This document shows, in pieces, positions 1 through 10,095 of a stretch of DNA of 64,000 bases (the stretch's first letter is position 1; every line of letters starts with the position of its first letter). Below the pieces are notes generated by a model. That model made no database searches. It was not told the origin of the DNA and worked only from the letters and a program-made list of their open reading frames with translations. This DNA comes from Paramoeba atlantica (lineage: Eukaryota; Protista; Discosea): contig CDRNVI010000034.1 of the NCBI GenBank assembly GCA_977017575.1, positions 186,001-250,000 on the forward strand, written 5' to 3'. The position numbers were made by a program, and so were the translations under genes.

Positions 1-613
1 ATTGCATTACACGAACGAATAGTTGAAAAAAATGAACCGAAGTTCAGTAGATTCTGCTTAGAAATGTATACCGCGAAAACTATCGCTTGGAAAGCTTTCA
101 ATAAAAATGTATACCCATCAATGTAGATCAAGAGATCCTACAAAAAAATAGTATTTCCCAGTTTTTGTTGATGCCCTGGACTTAGCTCCGAGTAAATTAA
201 GCATCATGAGCACAACTAAACATTTTTCGCTTCCATGTGTAAGTAAAATTATGTTTCGTATATACACTGTATATTATAATGTGTACCTGGTTGGGCATAA
301 TGCATGTATCGGCTCTCCACGTGAATAAGAAGTACATAGTGTATATAATGAAGTGAATAAGAAGCAATTCCCTATGAACACACCAAAAAGAAAAAAAAAC
401 TAAATGGAAGATATTATTTTTTAGGAATAGTAGGAATTGCAAGACTTACTTTGTATCTTATCTCCCTCGCCCTACGTGGCTGAGTTTTAAACAAAATATC
501 ATTGCAAGCGTAATGTATATCCGCGCTCCCCTTTAAATAAGGTCAGAACGATGGTAGTGATTATAAGTCGTTGAATAAATGATAATTTCATAAAACGACT
601 GATATGTGCTTGG

Positions 614-1453
614 CTAGAAAGATGATACCTCATGGCATATAGTGCATTTCATTAAGAGCGTTTGTTTGTCTTGGTACACTCCAGTAATCTTCGTTTCGGT
701 CGGATCAAAGTGGTTCTCCTCGAAACTAAGCGTGTAACCAGAAGGAACTGGGCATAACACCTGTAGTAGCCCCCAAAAATGATTTTCTCTAGCTTCCAAA
801 AATAAATTGGGTGATACAGGCAGACTAGTGATCAAGACATGTCCAGTGCATCTATTCCTGGCTAAAGAAAGATGTAAAATTCCTGATGGAAGAAAATTAA
901 AATCTGGTGTCCCATTGAATTTATTCGCTGTAAGTGTGAGTCGACGAAGGACCTCGGGTAGAGATACAAGAGATAAATGCCCTTCCAAATAATTTCCATA
1001 AACGTCAATTTCGCAGATGCTTGAAGGAAGTTCGTCCAAAGGAAGTATACCCAAATGTCGATTTCGCCGAACTATAACGGTTAGAATCCCTAGAGGAAGT
1101 TGCTGAAAATCGAGAGTACCCCCAATAAACACATTTTGTGTTATTTCTATGGTCTTTATGGTTCGAGGCGCAGAGCCCCAAACTAGACTGCCTTTGAAAC
1201 CACGGCGAGACCATCCAATACGTGTGACCTCTCCATCCCAGTCACATGACACGCCATACCACGAACAGATAGGATTCGTTTCGTTCCAAGAGGAATGCGG
1301 GTTTTCAATTCTAGAAAAGAATTGACGCAAGAGAAATTCATTTGGAAGCAGCGATACCCCAGTTTTTCCTCGGAGTGCAGGCGCCCGGGTGCCTGAGGTA
1401 TGAGGTTCATCACGACTACAAAGGAATTGAATCGGTAGACACAACCCGGACAT
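614..1453 (-). CDS. Leucine-rich repeat protein (family member 1)
   Basis: 279 aa ORF; Cys cap WNETNPICSWYGVSCDWDGEV (plant LRRNT_2-like) then LxxLxLxxNxFxGxxDxxxLP repeats. Confidence 0.9.
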   Translation of the reverse strand: MSGLCLPIQFLCSRDEPHTSGTRAPALRGKTGVSLLPNEFLLRQFFSRIENPHSSWNETNPICSWYGVSCDWDGEVTRIGWSRRGFKGSLVWGSAPRTIKTIEITQNVFIGGTLDFQQLPLGILTVIVRRNRHLGILPLDELPSSICEIDVYGNYLEGHLSLVSLPEVLRRLTLTANKFNGTPDFNFLPSGILHLSLARNRCTGHVLITSLPVSPNLFLEARENHFWGLLQVLCPVPSGYTLSFEENHFDPTETKITGVYQDKQTLLMKCTICHEVSSF

Positions 1454-1745
1454 AATAAAATAGAATTTACTACTCCAACCAAAAATAAAACAAGACTGAA
1501 ATTAAATTTAGACTTGAATATTAAAACTATAAATGAATTTAGACCCCACTTTTTCTACTCGTAGCACTCTTGATAGTCAAATTTGTGCAATGCGGGGTCA
1601 ACGAGATTGCACCTTCAGTGACTCATGCATACATCGCATGAGGTACACTTGGCATTCGTGCATTTCGTCAGGTAAGTAGAACACGCACAATATAGCCTCC
1701 TGGGCGAACTCCTTTTCCAACTCTGGACATTTCTTTCATTATGCG

Positions 1746-2501
1746 TTATTCACCCCCCAACTGTCTACCTTTTCCCCAATGTGTTGACCTGCGAGTGCCC
1801 AACCACCCCGCTGAATGAGACGTAGGGTTTGCTGAACTCACCCCGGTGGATCCTTGAAACCGACGTGGGCCATGTTGCCTTGTCCCCGGGAACAGCTTTT
1901 CCACCCATCGGGGGGTGCGTAGCGGATTGAACCGCGTGAGCTGCGGAACCACATCCCGTAAAAAGAAGAATACGTGTCCCGTGACAATCCCCACCACGTC
2001 CTCCGTCGGGGTCCCGCCCATAAGAAGGTGGAAGGCGACCATCACCCACGGGAAGTGACGTGCGCGGAAGGCAAACCCGTAGAGTGTCACGAGCTGCTCC
2101 TCGTGACGTTTACACCAGACCCACAAAAGGGACATGGTCAGCGGAATTCCCAACCATCGCAGGGGGAAGAAAACGGAGAGCGTGAGTAAACCGGCGTACA
2201 TCGAAAGAAGACAGAAGAGGTGGTCCGGCATGCGTCCCCGGTAGTCCTCCTCTAACCGTTGTTGATAAATCACCAACATGGCAATGTTAAGGAGAGTGGG
2301 GAAATTTAGTGGACCGAGGAACAGCCCAGCGGTAAGGGGACGCCAGATTTCTCCCTGAAGAGTACGATGCCAAGAAAGCATGAGTTGCGTGGGAGAGAGA
2401 ACCCCGAGACGGGTGGCCACTGACAGTCCAGCGGACCCTATTAATGTTGTTCGCGTGAACGGACCCAGAGAAACCCACCAGGATTCAAAGGATTGCGCCA
2501 T
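1746..2501 (-). CDS. DER1: Derlin (Der1-like ERAD membrane protein)
   Basis: Motifs PFTRT, GEIWRPLT, F(R)ARHFPWV, GIVTGHVFFFL, GxGRQLG tail; first ATG at 2501 (track start is TTG). Confidence 0.9.
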   Translation of the reverse strand: MAQSFESWWVSLGPFTRTTLIGSAGLSVATRLGVLSPTQLMLSWHRTLQGEIWRPLTAGLFLGPLNFPTLLNIAMLVIYQQRLEEDYRGRMPDHLFCLLSMYAGLLTLSVFFPLRWLGIPLTMSLLWVWCKRHEEQLVTLYGFAFRARHFPWVMVAFHLLMGGTPTEDVVGIVTGHVFFFLRDVVPQLTRFNPLRTPRWVEKLFPGTRQHGPRRFQGSTGVSSANPTSHSAGWLGTRRSTHWGKGRQLGGE

Positions 2502-2619
2502 AGACAAAATAGAGTAAGATCTGTTGTCTAATCACATACAATGTACACTGGCCTGCCGAAATAAAGAAGGGCACGTCGAAACATGTTGATATTTTATTTT
2601 ATGTGTAAACTAGTAATAG

Positions 2620-2875
2620 AATCGATTTTGGGCCAAAATGGCCCAATCTTTGTTACTGGGGGATGTGCTTTTTGGGTGAGAAAGGACCTTTTTTGTTCAT
2701 GAGCGTGTTGATTTTCGGCCTATCGAACCCCACAACCACGGCATTCGCTCCCGCGCAACCACCCTCACCCCACCCGCCCAAACACCCCCCTTCCAACGAA
2801 CCTTCCTAGCTAAATGCTTGTTACTGGGGGTAAGCCGGAAAAGGGTCAAATCCTTGTTACTGGGGGGGTCTACGG
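2620..2875. mobile_element. Partial CCGT-terminated MITE (right end), related to 30198-30516
   Basis: Ends ...actgggggggtctacgg-TA; three internal ttgttactggggg repeats; left TIR not found. Confidence 0.6.
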
Positions 2876-2987
2876 TATATGCATCATAAATATGCCGTAT
2901 AAATATGCGTTATAAAAATGCTGATGGGGGAAATAAGATGACCGCATGTGGACCACAGCTTAAATTACTTCTGTTGGATTGTAAATA

Positions 2988-3169
2988 CTGTCCCCCCCTC
3001 CCCTTAAGCGCACCCGGTCAGACCCCCCTGTTTAAGCGCACATAAAGTTGAGGTGGAGTCTCCGGCGCCGCGAAGCGGCGCCAAATTTTTTTTTATGTAC
3101 TGATTCAGACCCCCCCGTTTGAGCGCACTTTTCACGGAAAACGAGGTGCGGTTAAACGGGGGGGGACAG
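2988..3169. mobile_element. MITE, CTGT(C)n termini, TA target duplication
   Basis: TA-ctgtccccccc...gggggggacag-TA; internal GC hairpin ggcgccgc-gaa-gcggcgcc; homologous end at 49384-49465. Confidence 0.85.
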
Positions 3170-3294
3170 TACTTTACTTTTGTATATCAGAATTTCGTGG
3201 TACCCAGGAGTTGCAGTCTTCTATGTCACACACATTTTACCAAAAAACTTGGGACTCTAGTTGCAAAAGCATTTTTTTTTTAAATTCAAAGATA

Positions 3295-3462
3295 CTACCC
3301 CCCCTATCCTAGCGTTGCCTGGTTTGGGAAAAAGCAACGCTAGGAGGGGGGGTCAAAAAAAAAACATTCGCCGCTTCGCGGCAAGAGAGTCTTGAAGAGA
3401 CAGTCTAAAAAGCAACGCTAATGAGGTGGGGGACTGAGGCAACGCTAGGATAGGGAGGATAG
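3295..3462. mobile_element. MITE, CTAC/CTAT termini, TA target duplication
   Basis: TA-ctaccccccctatcctagcgttgcct...aggcaacgctaggatagggaggatag-TA; internal gccgc-ttc-gcggc hairpin. Confidence 0.85.
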
Positions 3463-3547
3463 TAACTTTAAATTTAAAAATAACTTGAAACTTAACTTAA
3501 AGAAGTAAAATATAAGAGTGCGGTGGCAGATCGACTCAAACTGCGTC

Positions 3548-4396
3548 CTACACCACATCTATCTGCGTATTTTCCACTTCTAAAACAATTCCCTTGGGTA
3601 AATCGGCTAGTCTCATGCATCCACATAAGTTCGTATTGTCCTTTAGCCAACAATAATAAATGTCTTTTGGCCAATGCTCCACGTTAATCAATAGCTCAAA
3701 ATTATTGTCATTCGCGTATAACTCGCTTAAGCAATCTGGGAGATTACGAAAATCCAGAGTCCCAGAAAACTGATTGAGAGAAAAGTCCAAGACACGTAAC
3801 GTTAATGGTAAGTGACACAAATCAACCTCCCCTTCGAAATGATTGCTTTCCAACCACAATTCCACTAAATTTGGGGGCAAGGTCGAAAGATTTACATGTC
3901 CGGTAAATTCATTATGATCAAAGTAGGCTGTCTCGAGCATTCGAGGCAACATTTGCGTGTCAACCTGGCCGAAGAAGCGGTTATCGCTAAGAGCCAATGT
4001 CTTGAGCTGTTTTGGAAGACAATCCAATTCAACGTTACCTGTCACTTCACTGTTTCTCAAATGTAAAGCCATGAGAGTCAATGGAAGATACTTCCAAAGC
4101 ACTGAACCACTTAATGCGTAAGTTGTAGTCCAGTTTATTGCTGTGACTTCACCCATGTCATTACACGTCACACCTGCCCATTCACATGCTGTTACGTTCG
4201 TACACCATGTGGGATGCAGACCTTCCATATTTTCAACAAAACGAGCTAAATCGTATTCTTGTGGTAATGTGGCACCACGAATTCTACCCGGCGCTCGCAA
4301 TGTGGAGTGCGATGGGACAGCACCTGGTAATGGTACCATTGCCTCACGTCGAATAGGTGCGTCGTCAGCTGACGTTACTGATGATAGGCGATGCAT
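3548..4396 (-). CDS. Leucine-rich repeat protein (family member 2)
   Basis: 282 aa; PQEYDLARF motif, Cys cap ACEWAGVTCND, ~7 LRRs ending LP. Confidence 0.9.
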   Translation of the reverse strand: MHRLSSVTSADDAPIRREAMVPLPGAVPSHSTLRAPGRIRGATLPQEYDLARFVENMEGLHPTWCTNVTACEWAGVTCNDMGEVTAINWTTTYALSGSVLWKYLPLTLMALHLRNSEVTGNVELDCLPKQLKTLALSDNRFFGQVDTQMLPRMLETAYFDHNEFTGHVNLSTLPPNLVELWLESNHFEGEVDLCHLPLTLRVLDFSLNQFSGTLDFRNLPDCLSELYANDNNFELLINVEHWPKDIYYCWLKDNTNLCGCMRLADLPKGIVLEVENTQIDVV

Positions 4397-4793
4397 ATAC
4401 AGATTTTACGTCTGTGGTAGAGAGTATGTAATGATATGTATGAATTTGTGATAATAGGAGCAGAAAAGGCTCTTCAATAAAGTCCTCCTGTACGAAAAAA
4501 AAATGCTTTTTTAATCTTTTAATACTGAATACTTTTTATACCGAATATAACCTTTTAGTACGTTTGTTTACTTCGCCATATAGGTACATACTCGTATTAC
4601 GAAAAGAGCTTGGTGATGAAAGAGTTAAAGACATCCAACAAAAAAAATATAAGAATTATCCGGATTCGTAAAAGAAACGGATCTAATGCACTGTATTATT
4701 ATGTTACGAATCCTGGTAGAAAACTAAGAGCTTCTAGAGTCACAAATTAGAATAAAAAGGGATGCAATCACAAAATCACGGACATCCACGGGT

Positions 4794-5720
4794 CTACACT
4801 CTCATTCTCATAAAATTTCGAATGCTCTTCGCAGACGGAAACCTCGGAATTCCTGCGGCGGTGTATCTTTGAAAGCGCACCGTGACCTTCTTCCCCACCA
4901 ACTCCTTCCTCTTCGTCCACCAGTACCGGCGCATATCCTCATCCACCCCGGGATTCGCACAAAACTTCTTCCCTTCGGAGGTGACACACACAAAGGACCC
5001 CAACGTGCCTTTAAACTTCCCTTTGCCCTGTTTCGCGTCATACACGTCAAACTCTTCCTCCATGACCGGGACGTATTTCATCAAGTCCCCGCTACGCTTT
5101 CCGGGCTCGTAGCGCCCAATCGGGGTCCGCACGATCACCCCCTCCATGCCACGGTCCAGGTACTCGTCCAGGTGCGTCTCCAGCTCCTCCTGAGTACGAA
5201 ACGAGCGCACCGGGACCAACGTAATCGAGGGGAAATTCTTTTTATGCCTCTTTACCGTCTCCTGGAGGTAATACTGCCGCTGGACGTACGGGTGCTTCCC
5301 GGGATCATTTAAAATCGTAAAATCAAACAGATGAAATTTAATTTGCTTTTGAAGTTTGTAATCCTCCGCGGTGGCGTGCTTGTGGGTCTTCTTCACCGCA
5401 CTCACGATGCGCTCGAAGGGGAGGTTGGGGCCGGAGAAGTACAGCTCCCCGTCGAGGTGAATATCCCCATGAGGGCAGAACGCACGCAGGGCTCGGATGA
5501 AGACCTGGATGTCTTTATGGACGTGGTCACAGCTTTGGAATTGGATGGAGTTGCGGGAGAACAGACCCTGGGTCGACCCGACGCACCGGATGCCGTCGTA
5601 CTTGGGGCAACAGTATAACTTGGGAAGGCTTCCAGATTTCACGGCCTGGAGAACGTAATCTTTTCGCTCTTGCCATTTCGTCGCAAGCATGGCGCTAAGG
5701 GGCTCAATACCGCGAGTCAT
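4794..5720 (-). CDS. Minimal ATP-dependent DNA ligase (kDNA-ligase/Chlorella-virus-like size)
   Basis: Motif I PKYDGIRC, motif III LDGELY, motif IV EGVIVR, motif V DLMKY, OB-fold C-terminus with PRFP; first ATG at 5720 gives 308 aa. Confidence 0.9.
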   Translation of the reverse strand: MTRGIEPLSAMLATKWQERKDYVLQAVKSGSLPKLYCCPKYDGIRCVGSTQGLFSRNSIQFQSCDHVHKDIQVFIRALRAFCPHGDIHLDGELYFSGPNLPFERIVSAVKKTHKHATAEDYKLQKQIKFHLFDFTILNDPGKHPYVQRQYYLQETVKRHKKNFPSITLVPVRSFRTQEELETHLDEYLDRGMEGVIVRTPIGRYEPGKRSGDLMKYVPVMEEEFDVYDAKQGKGKFKGTLGSFVCVTSEGKKFCANPGVDEDMRRYWWTKRKELVGKKVTVRFQRYTAAGIPRFPSAKSIRNFMRMRV

Positions 5721-5930
5721 GGGGAAGTAAGAGTGATGACAAAAGTGTGGTGTACAAGATGGTTTCAGTTCTATGAGTTTGAATGTACTGTTCAAATCGT
5801 TTGTGCGTTGACACGGATAAAGTGATGAAAATTTGTAAATACTGATGCAAAAGGATAAAAAAACGTTATGTTCATTAAGTACTGTATGAGGTAGTTGTGT
5901 ATCTACACTCCACACCTGTATACATACAGA

Positions 5931-5980
5931 TTCTACATTTCAACACCTGGATCACATCTACATTTCAACACCTGGATCAT
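5931..5980. repeat. Short tandem duplication (~25 bp x2)
   Basis: tctacatttcaacacctggatca occurs twice back to back. Confidence 0.85.
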
Positions 5981-6326
5981 CCTCATAAGGACATCCTCTA
6001 ATTCTAAATTTGAACAAACGTCATAGACTTTTGAACAAGTCTGAAATAATAAGCTGAAATAAGCTCTAACATGGTGGCGTTTACAACCTAATCTACCGCC
6101 GTCTTATTTCTACTATGTCATGGCAAGATTTATGGCAAGATAAAAAAGTCTTTATACCCGCTTTGGTTAATTTCAGCCCCATAATTGTACTACATTTCTA
6201 GCAAATCAGGGTGTCACCACCAATACGACTACCGGGATCTTTGGTACTACAAACGTTGTGGCGTTCTTCTACGCACCATACACATACATCTACACACATG
6301 TACACAACGTGTACATGTATTCGTTC

Positions 6327-7598
6327 TTATGTCAACGCCTGGTGCCGCAGGATCTTGTTCTCGACATATCGCGTCAAAGTTTGCCTTGGAGGTCTGCCTT
6401 TTGCGCCGGCGTCAGAGGATTTATCGAATGCACCAGAACTTGTGACAATTTCATCCTCATCCTCATAAAGACTCTGGAGCTCGGCCTTGTATTCTATCAT
6501 ATGCGTGGCGATTTCTTTTCGCCATGAATCCGGTACTCGGTCGTCGCTGAGCAAACCGTGTATAAGTTGGTAATCCCGCGCGGATGGCTTTTTTAAGTGG
6601 CGCACCCTACACGCATTTTCCAACCCAGACTTTGAGGGTTTCCCATTCTTAACGCTAGTCTGGCTTCCATAACCTTTTTCACTAAAAAAATCACTTGAGT
6701 GAAGTCCCAACCACTTGATTCGGGGCGTGGTGCTCGTAACCCTTGTCGGAGAAAGCGACAAAGGTTGCTGTGTTCCTTCTTTACCGCCATCCTTTGTCCC
6801 TTCCAACCCTTTCCTTCGTTTTTTCACAGTACGTCCCCCCTCCTCCCCAAGCGCCTCCTCATAACAAAGCAACACACGCAACCCCGCAGGGTTATAATCC
6901 ACCAACATATATGGCTCCAGCCCATATTTCAGCACCAGAACACGCACCAGCGCCCGTGTCGCGACATCAGGAAACCCACAACCCGTAACCAGCACCATGG
7001 GCAGGCGATCCCACAACATAGACACTCCGTAAACCCCCCCTTCCTCACCCACATAGTCCCCCGAAACACTCTCCTCCACCAACCGTTGCAACACACACTC
7101 CTTTTCCACAATCACTAAATACCGTGCGTGGGTGTGCGTAACATCCCCTGCGGTAAAATCCCCCGGAATCGGGGTTAGCCACGGCACCACCGTGACCCCC
7201 GGCCCCCTTCCCTGCCTCCTGCTCCCGATCCCCAACGGCACCTGCCGCAGCACCAGCCCCCCCGTGACCCACCCCCTCGCGCGGGCCCGGATCCCGAGGC
7301 TGAGACGGGGGAGCGCGAGCCGTGCGCACAGCTCCGCCACGGCCCGGTCCGTGTCCCGCTGCGTGACCGCGTGCCGCGGGGAGAGCCGGTAGTAGAGGTC
7401 GCGGAGGGAGCAGGCGGTGTGGGAGGCCACGTTGTGGTGGACGAGATCGAGCACCGCGAGACGGAGCGCGACGGTGGAGGGGCTGGAGCGTGTCCAGGAC
7501 GCAGGGGGGGTGTGGTGGAGGAAGAGGGTGGAGAGGAGGTCGTGGATGTGGCTCTCGAGACGGGATTGGGTTTCGGAGGGGGAGGTGGGGGTGTACAT
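6327..7598 (-). CDS. SPO11: Meiotic SPO11 / topoisomerase VIA-like protein
   Basis: SLRDLYY catalytic-Tyr motif; Toprim motifs IVEKECVLQRL, TGCGFPDVATR, LVDYNPAG; KAELQSL near C-terminus. Confidence 0.92.
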   Translation of the reverse strand: MYTPTSPSETQSRLESHIHDLLSTLFLHHTPPASWTRSSPSTVALRLAVLDLVHHNVASHTACSLRDLYYRLSPRHAVTQRDTDRAVAELCARLALPRLSLGIRARARGWVTGGLVLRQVPLGIGSRRQGRGPGVTVVPWLTPIPGDFTAGDVTHTHARYLVIVEKECVLQRLVEESVSGDYVGEEGGVYGVSMLWDRLPMVLVTGCGFPDVATRALVRVLVLKYGLEPYMLVDYNPAGLRVLLCYEEALGEEGGRTVKKRRKGLEGTKDGGKEGTQQPLSLSPTRVTSTTPRIKWLGLHSSDFFSEKGYGSQTSVKNGKPSKSGLENACRVRHLKKPSARDYQLIHGLLSDDRVPDSWRKEIATHMIEYKAELQSLYEDEDEIVTSSGAFDKSSDAGAKGRPPRQTLTRYVENKILRHQALT

Positions 7599-8352
7599 GG
7601 GGGGAGGGAAGAAAAAAAGGTTTTTTAGCAGTTTATGAGAAAAAGGGGATGGGTTGTTTATAACTTCCCCCTTCCACCCAAAGAAAAGTCATTCCCTGCT
7701 TTTTTTTTGTGCAAGTGTCCGTTTGAGCTGATTTTTGTTGCATTTTGCAGATCTCAACACAAAGACTTTGCGCGTGAAGAAACGAATCAAAAAGAAGCGA
7801 ATACGTACATTGTAAAGAAGAATTGCCATTTTGTTACTTTTTCGCCTTTCAATTTTATACACTGTTTAAGGCGAAAGTCAAAGCTTAATACCGTATTTCT
7901 CGATCACCTTTTGGGGATGACGTAGACCCCCCTATTATATGCTATAATGTGCCTATTTTATGCAATTTCAAAAAATGCGGGGATGGAAGGAGTAGGATTG
8001 AATATCGCTCCAATGAAAGACAATCTTGTCTTTTTCTTTCGTGTGATCCACAAAACATCGAAATTAATTCACAGAGACTCATTTCAATCCCGAAGCGACT
8101 TGGTGGGTCTTGACAGTGCGGTCATTGAGAGTAGAGACTTGTAGTCGATGTCTAACTGATCCTTCGAATCTGTTTCTGAGTCAGATAGTTTTACTAAGTA
8201 TCACAACAAACATACTTTGTAATCGCGCTAGACAGGTCCGTGTGGCAAAAGGCTTACTCGCTAAACACAAGATCTACATGTGTGATTTGATGGCCATCAA
8301 TAAATTGTAATGGTATGTTTAGTTGTCCAGAATTTCGTACACTTGACGAGTT

Positions 8353-8640
8353 TCATTTAGGAATAGATCGAAATTTGAGTCCTAACCATGCGTCCCAAGG
8401 TGCATCCAAGATACTGCGTCGGCGCTGTACCTCAAGTGGATCTTCAATTGGAGGGGAAAAGAACCTTTTCACAACGCCTTTCGTCCCTCCATGTAGTTCG
8501 CGCAATGCGTATAACTCATAGTAGTTGTACGCATAAACTGCAGGAAAGAGGAATAACGGCATTCCCAGCAGAGAAAATAGCGCAACTTTGTGCCAGTGAA
8601 CATTGCGGGCGTGTCGCCGAAGGTCGGAAGTGAGTTTCAT
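8353..8640 (-). CDS. Small single-pass membrane protein, unknown function
   Basis: 95 aa ATG ORF on the coding strand; basic N-terminus, one hydrophobic helix, KR-x7-DPL motif shared with 14708-14980. Confidence 0.6.
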   Translation of the reverse strand: MKLTSDLRRHARNVHWHKVALFSLLGMPLFLFPAVYAYNYYELYALRELHGGTKGVVKRFFSPPIEDPLEVQRRRSILDAPWDAWLGLKFRSIPK

Positions 8641-9189
8641 GTAAAGAAGTATAAGACGTCAAAACAGATTTTTAAGCTACATCAGCATTTTCAAGTTTCA
8701 TTTTTCGCAAAGAAAATATGAAAACACAAGTTTTGTGTAATTGTTTTAAAAATTGTTTAAAAATTGAACTTTCAAATCTGTCTGTGAAGGGTCTGGCTTG
8801 CTAGTGACCGTCCGGAGCAATCCGGAATGATTTGGATGGATTGGATTGCTCCCCCGTCGATCAGCTTTTCGATGAAACGCTTCAGGCATAAAGGAAAATA
8901 GAGTGTCCGAAAACCATATTTGTCCAAGCGACATCGAAAGCTTCGGATGGACTTGAGGGGCTGCGGGTATGATCTTGCATGATCTCACGTGATCTCGTTT
9001 TGAGGTCATCCAACCACCCTCCCGAACCAAATCCGCTCTCGATAGATCTCGCGTGATCTCACATGATCTTGTCTTGGGCCTCACCCGCAGCCCCTCACTT
9101 CTCTACTGCCCATGAGCACTGAACAGTCCATGAGATGAATGTACAGATGAATTTACATGTACAGCAATGTACAGTAGAATTTTCGAATA

Positions 9190-10095
9190 CTACATTGGTC
9201 GTTGAATCCGACTATTTATAGAAGACTTCCCTATGGTATACTTGTCGCCATCTTTAACAGCGATTTTGGTATTTCCATGAAGCCAAAATATGTCGTCTGG
9301 TAGATCCGCCCGGTCAACTTTTCCACTAAGCTCCGTGTTGTCATTCAAAGTTAGCTCTTTTAAGCCCACTGGAAGAGAATCAAGAACTGCAAAACCGTCA
9401 AACATGTTCAGACTTAGATATACTTCCTCCATTGTAGCAGGAAGGTGATTCAGGTCTAAATCCCCCGATAAACGATTCCCTGAAAGTGCAAGAGTTACAA
9501 GTTTCGGGGGTAACATCTGCAGCTGCAGTTCGCCACGAAGCTGATTGCCCTGAATAGATAGGTATATGAGAGACGTAGGTAAAGAAGTCCAATTGGGACA
9601 ATTTCTAAAAAGGTTCTCATCTAGAATCACTTCCTGTAGTGTCTGTGGGGCATTCTCTAAATCGGCTGTCCCGTTGAATGCATTATAGCTAAGTTTAAGT
9701 ACTTCAAGCTGCGGAGGCAGACTACCAAAATCTACGTTCCCCGCGAACCCGCTTTCGACTAGGGTCAAGGTAGTCAGAGAGCCAGGTAGAAGGTCGACCA
9801 TGAGCGTTGTACATAGCTCCTCAGTAGGCATGGGCCCTAAACTTTCCCATTCAATTTTCTTTACTATACCTTGCTCGTCACAGGTAAGTCCCAACCAATC
9901 ACACGCCGGATTTGAGATGTTCCAACTTTCATCGAACATTGCAATTGTACCCACGAATCGTTCTAGCAGGTATTCCTGCGGTATATTGCATGTATTTACT
10001 TTTGCAATGTGACTTTCATTGCCCTGTCTTCGTTTTTTCTTTGGTGGTTCGTTTGCATCTGCTGCTCCGATCCAGTTCCCAAGTGCTACCATCAT
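9190..10095 (-). CDS. Leucine-rich repeat protein (family member 3)
   Basis: 301 aa; PPKKKRR basic patch, PQEYLLERF, ACDWLGLTCD cap, ~8 LRRs. Confidence 0.9.
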   Translation of the reverse strand: MMVALGNWIGAADANEPPKKKRRQGNESHIAKVNTCNIPQEYLLERFVGTIAMFDESWNISNPACDWLGLTCDEQGIVKKIEWESLGPMPTEELCTTLMVDLLPGSLTTLTLVESGFAGNVDFGSLPPQLEVLKLSYNAFNGTADLENAPQTLQEVILDENLFRNCPNWTSLPTSLIYLSIQGNQLRGELQLQMLPPKLVTLALSGNRLSGDLDLNHLPATMEEVYLSLNMFDGFAVLDSLPVGLKELTLNDNTELSGKVDRADLPDDIFWLHGNTKIAVKDGDKYTIGKSSINSRIQRPM

